32,000 nucleotides of DNA from Pirellulaceae bacterium (GTDB lineage: Bacteria; Planctomycetota; Planctomycetia; Pirellulales; Pirellulaceae), in assembly GCA_963805875.1 (NCBI GenBank), contig CAWDWE010000002.1, forward strand, positions 136,039 through 168,038, read 5' to 3'. Within the stretch, counting starts at the first letter, position 1, and each line of letters starts with the position of its first letter. The position numbers and the translations under genes were made by a program. The notes under the pieces were generated by a model. It searched no databases. It was not told the DNA's origin and saw only the letters and a list, made by a program, of their open reading frames with translations. This document shows positions 10,324 to 19,539 of the stretch, piece by piece.

Positions 10324-10606
10324 CTTTACGTCTGCCCGTAGGAGGTTCGAGTCGACAGAGTGCGGCATTGCGCAGAATGGGTGCTTAACAAGAGTAGACG
10401 CCCAATTAGTTCGATTTCGCGGATGCAACAGCTAAATGCATGTCGACGGCTCGCTTGATTTCATGGAAGTCGCAACCGACGCTTGAGAACTGAAAACAAT
10501 AGCTTACACGAACACCTTTCCGTGAATTCCCAAATCGCTTGCATAACTTTGCCAGCCCAGTCACAATAGATGGAATTCGCGGTTTTGTCCTATTGAGGAT
10601 TGTCAA

Positions 10607-11627
10607 ATGATACAACAGTTACGGATCGCACTTATTGCGGCCATTGTGCTCGTCGGATGCCTGTCCGGCGTTGAGGCACGCGCCGATGTGTCGATAACGG
10701 ATATTCAGACCATCTATGCGGGGAACGTTAGTCTCCCTGGACCTGTTTTTGCGGGACCACCAACTGTTGATATAACCGCCATCAATTTCTCTGGCGGAAA
10801 CTCATACATCAACGGCTACACCGGGCCGGGACCGACGTCTTTGGTAAACACTGTCGTTGCTACCCAGTTAAATAGCGTTAACTTGGCTGCGGGGGGGGCA
10901 GATCCGTCCTTGTTCGGTCCAACGGGCGGCATCCTTTATGCTGTTTTTGCTCTGCAAGGAACAGTTTCGGGATCTACCACTTTGTATTCGTCCGGGATGC
11001 TAGAGATTCGCGAAAATTCGACATTCGATTCTGAAGACCCCACCACATGGGCAGGGACGACAATTGCGACGCTGCAAATCAAACCGCAAGAGGGACTATT
11101 GACCGGACGGTTGTTTGGCTTACCGCAGGCAGAAGATCCACCAAACGCCGTCATGCCTGATTTGGAAATGACGCCGTCAAGTCTGGTCAACATCGGGAAC
11201 ACGGATGTAGGCACTTCAACAATTGACTTGGCGATCCTCTTTGAGTCGTTAAATCTAGATGCCGATGGTGACACGAATGATTTCCTTAGCGGCAGTCAAC
11301 TTGAGGCTTCAGGTAAAAGCGGAAATTACGTGCTGATGTGGAATTCAGATAGCCAGTTTCAAAATCTGCCTGGCGTGTTTGGTCCTGCGCAGATCGCCGC
11401 GTTGGATGGAGAATTTTCGGCCCTTCTCGGTGAAAATTTCGAGAATAATCTCACGGGTGGAAGCTATTCGCCCAATGGCATCGACTTCTTCACGAATTTG
11501 CAAGGCATGCGCGATCCCCGGACTTCAGGTCGTCATCCCCGAGCCGTCATCCATCGTGATTTGGGGGCTATTGGCCGTGATCGTAGGGTGTGCCGCGACC
11601 CGGTTGCGTCGCCGAAAAGCACTCTAG
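10607..11627 (+). pseudogene. secreted PEP-CTERM-anchored protein (exosortase substrate) with one apparent frameshift before the sorting signal
   Basis: GAGGA lies 7 nt upstream of ATG 10607. Signal peptide MIQQLRIALIAAIVLVGCLSGVEARA, then a Gly/Asn/Ser/Thr-rich body. The canonical sorting signal is in the +1 frame (ORF 11379-11627): VIPEPSSIVIWGLLAVIVGCAATRLRRRKAL*. It consists of PEP at 11538-11546, a TM helix and a basic tail. The frame switch is at about 11495-11520. Confidence 0.8.
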
Positions 11628-11671
11628 CCGGGATTATTCACCTGCGGTGGGCCAAGCTCGCCCAAGTGAAC

Positions 11672-11778
11672 GGTGCGTCAGGCGCAAAGCGGTCGATCGG
11701 CCGTTCACACCCTGTTTTCCCATTGACGCTCAATAACGAGCGCCGACCCACCACGATCACGGCTTTGCTCGACGCACC
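11672..11778. repeat. palindromic element of the 'GGTGCGTC..GCAAAG' family (copy 2 of 3)
   Basis: Arms ggtgcgtcaggcgcaaag (11672-11689) and ctttgctcgacgcacc (11763-11778). It sits in the gap between the convergent PEP-CTERM and activator genes. Confidence 0.6.
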
Positions 11779-11802
11779 CAACAAGTCCATAAATAATTCG
11801 GG

Positions 11803-13206
11803 CTAGTCGTCCGTGCGGCGGTCTTTCATTTGGATCCGATACTTGCGGATCTTGTTGTAGAGCGTCACCCGGCTGATGCCGAGGGCGCGGGCGGCGGCCG
11901 CCCGATTGAAGTCGTGCAGGCGAAGCATTTCTTCGATGGCCTCTTGCTCGGTCTTGGCGACTTCGCTCGACAGCCCGACGGAAATCGTTTCGCCTAGCGA
12001 GATAGTTCTCGCCTCTTGGGCCTCGGCCAGCATTTCCGGTGAAAAGAGGTTGGGGGTGATGACGCCGTCGGGGCAGAAGAGCACGCTGTGGCGAACTTCA
12101 TTACGCAGTTCGCGGATGTTGCCCGGCCAGGAATAATGCCGCAGCAGCTCGAGATATTCCGGGTGGATCGCGGTGACATTCAGATCGCGCTCGCGGCAGC
12201 AGTCTTCGATAATCTCCGTGGCCAGCGGAACAATATCACCCTGCCGCTCGTGCAGCGGCGGGATCTCGAACTTCACCTCGTTGAGGCGGAAGTAAAGGTC
12301 GGCCCGGAACTTCCCGTGGTCGATCGCCTCTTCCAGGCTCTGATTCGATGCGCCGACGACGCGGACGTCCACCTTGCGGGTATCGTTTCCGCCCACCGGC
12401 TCGAACTCGCCCGTTTCGATCACGCGGAGCAGGTTCGCCTGTTGCTCCAGATCGAGCACGTCGATTTCATCGAGCAGCAGCGTGCCGCCGTTGGCCACCT
12501 CAAACTTGCCGAGCTTGTCGCGATCAGCGCCCGTGAAGGCGCCCCGCAGATGCCCGAACAATTCGCTCCCCATCAATTCGCCCGGCATGGCGCCGCAGGC
12601 GATGTTGAGAAAACGCTTATGGCTGCGACGCGAAAGATCGTGGATCAAACGGGCGAAGGTGGTTTTGCCCGTTCCGGTGTTGCCGACCAAGAGAATCGTA
12701 AAATCGTGCTCGGCCGCCCGCTCGATCTTCTCGAAGAGCGGAAACAGGCTCGGCGTGTAGGTGAAGTAGCGACGGTCTTCGACGAACAGTTCACGATGCC
12801 CGCTGCTCATTCGGGTGTTTTTTGCATGCCCCAGTTTCAACGCTTCGTCCAACATCCGCGGCAGTTCCGCCAGGCTCGCCTGAAAGCCAATGGCGCTGGC
12901 CATCGTGCGATCAGCGATGGCCGCCCAGTCGAGCGGATAACCCCGGTCGACGATGGCGACGCGGGCGCAATCCGTCGGCACGTTGCGGGCAAGCCGCCGA
13001 TTGGCGGTCGGCAAGTGCTGCCAATTCGTGCCGCTGCTGAAGTCAAGAAATATCCACTGGGGAGAGCCCAGCGGTAGATCGTTGTTCAACAGCGCGGACC
13101 ACTCGACAAGTACGACTTCGCATCCGCATTTGCTCGTCAGCGCATCATCAAACTTTTGACGTACCGCGTGACGGTCAGAAACAATCCACGCAATCCTGTC
13201 GCTCAT
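11803..13206 (-). CDS. sigma-54-dependent transcriptional activator (bacterial enhancer-binding protein) with an atypical N-terminal domain
   Basis: AAA+ core with Walker A GNTGTGKT, the sigma-54 contact loop GAFTGA (LRGAFTGADRDKLGKFEVANGGTLLLDEID), WPGNIRELRN, and a C-terminal Fis-type HTH (AAARALGISRVTLYNKIRKY). I place the start at ATG 13206 (MSDRIAWIV). The N-terminal roughly 150 aa resemble a receiver domain only loosely. Confidence 0.9.
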   Translation of the reverse strand: MSDRIAWIVSDRHAVRQKFDDALTSKCGCEVVLVEWSALLNNDLPLGSPQWIFLDFSSGTNWQHLPTANRRLARNVPTDCARVAIVDRGYPLDWAAIADRTMASAIGFQASLAELPRMLDEALKLGHAKNTRMSSGHRELFVEDRRYFTYTPSLFPLFEKIERAAEHDFTILLVGNTGTGKTTFARLIHDLSRRSHKRFLNIACGAMPGELMGSELFGHLRGAFTGADRDKLGKFEVANGGTLLLDEIDVLDLEQQANLLRVIETGEFEPVGGNDTRKVDVRVVGASNQSLEEAIDHGKFRADLYFRLNEVKFEIPPLHERQGDIVPLATEIIEDCCRERDLNVTAIHPEYLELLRHYSWPGNIRELRNEVRHSVLFCPDGVITPNLFSPEMLAEAQEARTISLGETISVGLSSEVAKTEQEAIEEMLRLHDFNRAAAARALGISRVTLYNKIRKYRIQMKDRRTDD

Positions 13207-13807
13207 TGCGAATCCTCTAAGTCCTACCAGGGACGGCCGGCGCACGAACTCGCGCGTTCAAAGCGCTGGCCAGGGGGGGAGCAGCAATTTTTAGAGCAGA
13301 GTAGCTGATACCTTTACATCCATGCAGTTTCTCACTAGTGCTTTCATTCTGATTCACCGAGACGAGCTTGTAAAGGATTTGGCGTCACGAAATTTGGGCG
13401 AATTGGGCATTGTCCGTCAGCCTGTTGCCGACGTGCGGGGACAACGCGATTCATGTACGCCGAGTGGTAGGGTTTACGCTCCCCCCGGCAGAAGTTAGAA
13501 AACTAAATCATAAATAAGGTATGATTACGATGGCGTGCGGAATCGCGCCATCTTGAAACCAACGCGCTCTTTCTCCCCCCAATTCGGGATGAATTGGTTG
13601 GCCCAGTCTTCTTCCGTGTCCTCGGATCACCTACTCTGCGAAAGATCAATTCGCACAAATTGCGCTTCTCCCGCGAAGTGCGGCCCAAACCATGACCAGC
13701 CAGCCGAACACCGCGACGGAGAGCACGCTGGCGCCGGGTGAGAACACCGCGGCCTCCCAAGTCGCCGGTGGCGCAGGGCGGCGCCTCCCAATTCGCTGTG
13801 GATCGAC

Positions 13808-14870
13808 ATGTACAGCATCCTCCTGGTGGGGGTGATCCTGGCGTATTACACGGTGATGATTTTGTTCGCGGGAAAATTGTTTGTCTGGACAGTTGACCTG
13901 ATTCGGTGGGTTTTTTCAGCCGGCTTTCACCTGGGGACGATTCCCGGCGCGTTGGCCATCCTCATTTTGGTGTTTCTCTGCCTGCGCACGGTGCGGCATT
14001 TGATTTACGCGTCGGTGGGCCTGGTGACCACGGTGCATGACGACGTGCCGGAGGCCAGCGAAGGGCTGCCACTGGAACGCGACGACCAACCGCGGTTGTT
14101 CGAACTGGTCGACGATGTCGGCCAACAGGTGGGCTCGCCGATGCCCAACGAAATCCGCGTGATGTATGCGCCGGAAACGTATACGGTCGAGCTGCGAAAA
14201 TTCGGACTTAGCCCGCAACGTCGCTTGGTGATGGTGCTGGGCTTGCCGCAATTGTCGGTGCTGACGGTGGCGGAACTGCAGGTTGTGCTGGCCCACGAGT
14301 TGGCCCATTTTGGCCGCGGCGACACGCGGCTGATCGTTTTCTGCGCGATTTTTGGCCGGTTTAGAGCGTTCCATTGAATCCATTGGGCATCGCTGGTGGC
14401 ATTGGATCGATCCGATTTACTGGTTTCAGTTGGGCTATCATCGCGCGTTTGCCTTGCTTTCTGCCCCCGTGCAGCGTCACCAGGAATTGCGGGCCGATTG
14501 CATCAGTGCCGCGACCTTCGGCGGCGAGTTGGCCGCCCGCACTTTACTGAAGGATTGCCTGCTTTCACATCAGTTCATGGCGGCGCTGGCTTCGTATTAC
14601 CCCGGCGAAAACGGCCCAACGGGCGACAATTTCTTTCGCTGGTTCCGCAGCCAATGGCACGATTTCACACCGGGGGGGCAGGATTACCTGCTGCGCCGAT
14701 TGGAGGCTGAGGAACGAGAGTCGTTCTGGGATCCCGACCCAACGATCTCCCAACGAGTTTCGTTGATGCGAACCTTCCCCACGCAAGAGCCACAACCGGC
14801 CCGGCCGGCCAGTGAGCTGATCGAGGGTCTGCCGGCGCTCGAAAATCGCCTGCACGATTTGATGTATTAG
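13808..14870 (+). pseudogene. M48-family (HtpX/Ste24-like) zinc metallopeptidase, membrane-anchored, one apparent frameshift
   Basis: N-terminal TM helices and the HExxH motif in VVLAHELAHFGRGDTRL. Reading continues in the next frame (ORF 14352-14870: ..FSARFLAGLERSIESIGHRWWHW..). The switch is at the T4 run 14337-14340; a T5 run would restore one ORF. Confidence 0.8.
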
Positions 14871-14889
14871 TCCAGTTTCTTGACGACCG

Positions 14890-15030
14890 TGTAGGGTGGG
14901 TCGAGCAAAGCCCTCCGGTTGGTGGGTCGGCGCTCGCTGGCCAGTTTGCCCAGGAGTACAAGGTGTCAGCGGCGCATCGTCGCTTTGCGCTGACCCACCG
15001 CGCAATTCAGCGAGCTTGACCCACCCTACA
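14890..15030. repeat. MITE-like palindromic element (copy 3 of the TAGGGTGGGTC family) flanked by a 16/17-nt direct repeat
   Basis: Terminal inverted repeats tgtagggtgggtcgagc (14890-14906) and gcttgacccaccctaca (15014-15030) match 16/17. There are nested inner inverted repeats (ggtgggtcggcgc / gcgctgacccacc). Flanking direct repeats are tccagtttcttgacga (14871-14886) and tccaagtttcttgacga (15047-15063). Confidence 0.75.
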
Positions 15031-15151
15031 TGAATAATCCGGGTTGTCCAAGTTTCTTGACGATTCGCCAAGTTCTGCTACCGTGAACTGTAAGGCATTC
15101 GGCCGGCAATGTTCTTTTCCACGAGTTCTATCTGAGAATGGACCCCACGTT

Positions 15152-16468
15152 TTGAATCGCATCTACCATAGCGGTGCAGTCCCCGTTGCGTGGCTCTTGC
15201 CTTGCGCATGGGGTCTGTTGTTGGCCGCGGCGCATGTGGCATCGGCGGCACCGATCGAAGACGCCGCGGCGTCCTTCGAGCGCTTCTCGAATGTGGCGCC
15301 CGGTGTGGAGATGCTTGAGCTGCAAGTGGCCAAGGAGTCGTTTGGCAAGGGAGACATCGACAAGTGCCGCCGGCATCTCGATGCGGCCCGCGCGAAACTC
15401 TCCGAGCAAGAGGGGCGAGGCGAACTCCCCCCCACCGATTTGATGTTGGCCAGGCTCTATGTCGCGTACGGCAAGAAAGAGATCGCCAAAGGGATGCTCG
15501 AAAAAATCGCCGTCGAACATGCCGGCCACCCGGAGGTCTATTTGCTCTTTGGCAATCTCGCGCTGGCCGAAGGGCGTTATACCGACGCCATGCTGCACTT
15601 TGAAAAGTCGCTGAACGTCGGTCGGCCGGCCGGTTGGATTGAATCGCAGGCGAAGGCTCTGTTTTACGAAAGCTACGCCGGACAGGCCAAAGTCGCTGAG
15701 CGGCGAGAGGACTGGTTCAAGGCGCAGGTGGCGCTTAAGCAGTGCATCAAGGTCGAACCGGACAAGGCGGACTTGCGCGATCGATTGGGCGCAGCGCTGT
15801 TCATGCTTGGGCGTGAGGAAGAGGCCTTCGAGCAGTTCCAAACCGCTGCCCGGCAAGACATAAAGATGAACCCGGCCGAAGTTTCGATGGGCGTCATGTT
15901 CGCCCGCACGGAGGATTATAATAGCTCCCGTAAGGCGTTCGAGGCGGCCTTGAAACGTTATCCCGACGACGGCCGCGTGCATTATGAGATGGCTGGCGTA
16001 TTGCTGTTGTCCGATCAGGCGGCCGAAGCGAAAGAGCATTCCGACAAGGCAGCCGAAATGGGCATCGATACTCCCCAGCTGACCATGCAGCGGGGCTACA
16101 TCGCTCGCCAATTGCGCGACTACGCGGCAGCCGAAAAATTCTTCACGCAGGCGCTCACCCAATCGCCCAGCGACTTCGAGGCCATGAATCAACTGGCCCT
16201 CGTGCTCATCGAACAAAACGACGAGAAAAAGCAGCAGCGGGCGCGGGAGTTGGCCGAACTCAACGTACGGCGGTTCCCGAAATCGTCGCACCCGCTGTCG
16301 ACGCTCGGCTGGGTCTATTACAAGCTGGGCCGCAAAGACGAAGCCCGCCGCGCGCTGCAAATGGCCGTCTCGCGAGCGCCAGTGCGCACCGAGTCGCTTT
16401 ATTATCTCACTCGCCTGCTCTGGGAAAATGGTGAGAAGGATGACCGCACAAGTTGGCCGAGCAAATGA
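15152..16468 (+). CDS. secreted TPR-repeat protein; both the start and the C-terminal end are uncertain
   Basis: Signal-peptide-like N-terminus (VPVAWLLPCAWGLLLAAAHVASAAP) followed by many TPR-like repeats (..GRYTDAMLHFEKSL.., ..YAAAEKFFTQALTQSP..). There is no in-frame ATG. TTG 15152 is possible, or ATG 15138 (MDPTF) if the T4 run 15150-15153 is really T5. After about 16443 a protein-like tail continues in another frame to 16545 (..HKLAEQMKPAIDKPGLFVLRPEVKQWFQSESL*). Confidence 0.7.
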   Translation: MNRIYHSGAVPVAWLLPCAWGLLLAAAHVASAAPIEDAAASFERFSNVAPGVEMLELQVAKESFGKGDIDKCRRHLDAARAKLSEQEGRGELPPTDLMLARLYVAYGKKEIAKGMLEKIAVEHAGHPEVYLLFGNLALAEGRYTDAMLHFEKSLNVGRPAGWIESQAKALFYESYAGQAKVAERREDWFKAQVALKQCIKVEPDKADLRDRLGAALFMLGREEEAFEQFQTAARQDIKMNPAEVSMGVMFARTEDYNSSRKAFEAALKRYPDDGRVHYEMAGVLLLSDQAAEAKEHSDKAAEMGIDTPQLTMQRGYIARQLRDYAAAEKFFTQALTQSPSDFEAMNQLALVLIEQNDEKKQQRARELAELNVRRFPKSSHPLSTLGWVYYKLGRKDEARRALQMAVSRAPVRTESLYYLTRLLWENGEKDDRTSWPSK

Positions 16469-16613
16469 AACCGGCCATCGACAAGCCGGGCCTGTTCGTC
16501 TTGCGGCCCGAAGTGAAACAGTGGTTCCAGTCGGAATCGCTGTAGCCGAAATCGCAAGAGTTTCGGACGTCCTCCGATACACTTTGCGAATGGCTGAAAT
16601 TTTGCAAATTCAG

Positions 16614-17492
16614 CTACACCGAGCGACTCATCGCGCGCTGAACAGCCTCTCCCATATCTCCCGGACTCTGTGCGACTTCGATGCCGGCAGACTCCAGCGC
16701 CGCAATCTTCTCCTCCGCCGTCCCTTTGCCGCCGGAGATGATCGCCCCGGCGTGGCCCATGCGCTTGCCGGGCGGGGCGGTGCGGCCGGCGATGAAGGCG
16801 GCGACTGGCTTGGTGACGTGCTGCTTCACGAAGGCGGCGGCTTCTTCCTCCGCCGAGCCGCCGATTTCGCCGATCATTAAGATCGCTTCGGTTTGATCGT
16901 CTTCCTGAAACCGGCCCAACAGGTCGATAAAATTCGTCCCCACAATCGGATCGCCGCCGATGCCGATGCAGGTTGATTGCCCCAGTTTCAGGTTGCTCGT
17001 CTGCCAAACGGCTTCGTAAGTCAACGTGCCGCTGCGGCTGATGACGCCGACTTTCCCGCGGTTGTGAATGTAACCCGGCATAATGCCGATTTTGCACTCC
17101 TCTGGCGTGATGATGCCCGGGCAATTCGGCCCGATCAGCACCGCCCCACTACGGCGGACGACTTCGTACACGCGGACCATATCCAGCACCGGCACTCCCT
17201 CGGTGATCGCCACAATCACCTTGATGCCCGCGTCGACCGCTTCGAGAATCGCATCGGCGGTGAACGCCGCCGGCACGAAGATCATCGTGGCATCGGCGCC
17301 GGTTTTTTCAACGGCTTCAATCACCGTATCAAACACCGGCACACCCAGCACCTCCCGCCCCCCCTTGCCCGGCGTCACCCCGCCGACAAGCTGCGTGCCG
17401 TATTCTTTGCAATGCCGAGAATGAAATTCGCCAGCCGTGCCGGTGATGCCTTGGCAGATGAGTTTGGTGTTTCTGTCAACAAGGATGGACAT
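16614..17492 (-). CDS. sucD: succinyl-CoA synthetase (ADP-forming) alpha subunit
   Basis: Full-length 292 aa with hallmark motifs: [27 protein letters not shown], and the phosphohistidine loop [18 protein letters not shown]. Confidence 0.95.
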   Translation of the reverse strand: MSILVDRNTKLICQGITGTAGEFHSRHCKEYGTQLVGGVTPGKGGREVLGVPVFDTVIEAVEKTGADATMIFVPAAFTADAILEAVDAGIKVIVAITEGVPVLDMVRVYEVVRRSGAVLIGPNCPGIITPEECKIGIMPGYIHNRGKVGVISRSGTLTYEAVWQTSNLKLGQSTCIGIGGDPIVGTNFIDLLGRFQEDDQTEAILMIGEIGGSAEEEAAAFVKQHVTKPVAAFIAGRTAPPGKRMGHAGAIISGGKGTAEEKIAALESAGIEVAQSPGDMGEAVQRAMSRSV

Positions 17493-17520
17493 TGGTTTTC
17501 GTCTCAGTTAAAAGCGGCGT

Positions 17521-18252
17521 CTATTGATCTTCATCAAGTACGACGAACGAATTGTGAAATCGATCGATATCTTCTCGAAGCTGAGCGTGAAGTGCCGGAG
17601 GAAACTGTGCGCTCAACATGTAATCACTCGAACCCACGCTGAGGAACACCATTTCGGCGGCAATTGTTGAGTGCGCTGCCACGAGTTTACGAGCAGGGCG
17701 ATTGTCAACGACGACATCCAACAGTTCCACGTCAACGCCCTTCTTCGTGAACTTCCCCTTCAACTGTTGGCAAACGTCATCCTCGGGGCGATCACCCAAA
17801 AACTCAGCCTGCAATACACTAAATTCCGCACCACTCGGCGTGAAAGTAACGACTGTGTGCATAACCCCGCCTGGCGCACCATTCTGCCCCAGACCTTTGA
17901 TCATTTGGTCGCGATATTTTCCCGGCAGCTCCACTTCGAAAGATCCGCGAGTCGCCCTCGCGGCGCACCAACCATCCGGTTCTAGTTGGCCGGCGGCTGT
18001 CCGATACACAATTAATTCTCCGTTGGGGACGTCATCGTATTTGCCGTCGCTCGCTTGTGCATTTACTAGGGGAGATTCCGTCAATGTTTTTTCTGTTATG
18101 CGATCGTCGATTTTGACTTCAACTTCACCGCGGCTGGTCGCGCTATTCGACTGAGCATTCGACGGTGACTGAACATCTGGCGGACTACACGCACATAGTC
18201 CCGCAACAATGCTGCAACAAAGCATTCGGCAAAGGTTGGGAAATATGAACAT
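17521..18252 (-). CDS. putative lipoprotein of unknown function inserted between sucC and sucD (243 aa)
   Basis: Signal/lipobox-like N-terminus MFIFPNLCRMLCCSIVAGLCACS. GC content is visibly lower than in the flanking sucC and sucD. No family recognised. Confidence 0.6.
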   Translation of the reverse strand: MFIFPNLCRMLCCSIVAGLCACSPPDVQSPSNAQSNSATSRGEVEVKIDDRITEKTLTESPLVNAQASDGKYDDVPNGELIVYRTAAGQLEPDGWCAARATRGSFEVELPGKYRDQMIKGLGQNGAPGGVMHTVVTFTPSGAEFSVLQAEFLGDRPEDDVCQQLKGKFTKKGVDVELLDVVVDNRPARKLVAAHSTIAAEMVFLSVGSSDYMLSAQFPPALHAQLREDIDRFHNSFVVLDEDQ

Positions 18253-18276
18253 GGCCTTACGCAGATTGGTACTTGC

Positions 18277-19463
18277 TCATGATGCGACCGCCGCCACCAC
18301 CTTCTTTGCCGCATCGTTCAAATCGCTCGCCGTGATGCAATCGACGTCGCTTTCTTCCAGCATTTTGCGGCCTTCTTCGACTTCCGTCCCTTCCAGCCGC
18401 ACGACCAGCGGGACGTTGAAATCGAGCTGGTGGTAGGCTTCGATTAAGGCGGTGGCGATGGTGGTGCAGCGCATGATGCCGCCGAAGATGTTCACCAGCA
18501 CGGCCTTCACGGTCTTGTCATCGAGCAGAATGCGAAACGCCTCGGTGACCTGCTCGGTCTTCGCCCCGCCGCCGACATCCAGAAAGTTGGCCGGCTCGCC
18601 GCCGTGCAGTTTGATGATGTCCATCGTGCTCATCGCCAGCCCGGCGCCGTTGACCAGGCAGCCGATGTTGCCGTCGAGATTGACATAGGACAGGCCCGCC
18701 TCGCCCGCCCGCACTTCGGCCGGGTCTTCTTCGGACAGGTCGCGCATTTCGGCGACTGCCTCGTGGCGGAAGAGGGCGTTGTCGTCGAAGGTGAGCTTGG
18801 CATCCAGGGCGAGCAGCTCGCCGGCGCCAGTCACGACCAATGGGTTGATTTCCACCAGGCTGCAATCCTGCTCGACGTATAGTCGGCACAGAGCCGGGAG
18901 AAATTTCATTGCGCTCTTTACCGTCGGGCCGGATAGGCCGAGTCGATAACAAAGCTTTCGCACTTGAAACGGCTCGAGGCCCACGTCGGGATCAAACCAC
19001 TCTTTGATGATCTTTTCCGGTGTTTCCGCTGCGACTTTTTCAATCTCGACGCCCCCCTCGGTCGAGGCCATTAGCACGGGTTTGGCCTGCCTCGGTCGAG
19101 CACAATGCCCAGGTACAACTCGCGGGCGATGTCGCAGCCCTCTTCGACGAGCACCTGATGGACCGTCTTGCCTTCCGGGCCGGTCTGAATCGTGACGAGC
19201 GTCTTACCGAGCAAGCGGCCCGCGACCTGTTTGGCCTCGTCGGCGCTCTTTACTAATTGCACGCCTCTCTGCTGCTCGTCCCCTTGGATGGTTCCTTTGC
19301 CCCGGCCGCCCGCGTGGATTTGGGCCTTCACCACGGCGATCTTGCTGCCGAGATTATTAAACGCCGTAGCGGCATCCTCCGGCGAGCGAGCCACACTGCC
19401 GCGCGGCACGGTCACATTCGCCTGGCGAAAAATCTCTTTGCCTTGAAACTCGTGAATTTTCAT
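18277..19463 (-). pseudogene. sucC: succinyl-CoA synthetase beta subunit with one apparent frameshift
   Basis: The N-terminal ATP-grasp part begins at ATG 19463 ([22 protein letters not shown]...[11 protein letters not shown]). The remainder is in ORF 18277-19077 (..[36 protein letters not shown]..). The switch is at about 19080-19092; one extra G in 'agg cca aac ccg' gives [17 protein letters not shown]. Confidence 0.9.
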
Positions 19464-19539
19464 GTCGCGGCGTCCGCTGCTGGTGGTCGATGGATTCCAA
19501 CCAAACCGCGAATTATAGCGCCGCTGGGGCAGCTTCACA

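Noticed and set aside
10344-10353. T-loop-like ggttcgagtc suggesting a tRNA
   Set aside because: The flanking sequence cannot form a T-arm (no complementary 5-bp stem) or an acceptor stem, so no cloverleaf is possible.
12088-13077. 329-aa plus-strand ORF inside the sigma-54 activator gene
   Set aside because: It is antisense to an unambiguous AAA+/GAFTGA protein and has junk composition.
15128-16582. 484-aa minus-strand ORF antisense to the TPR gene
   Set aside because: It is a shadow ORF (Arg/Gly/Leu-rich with no motifs). The plus strand encodes clear TPR repeats.
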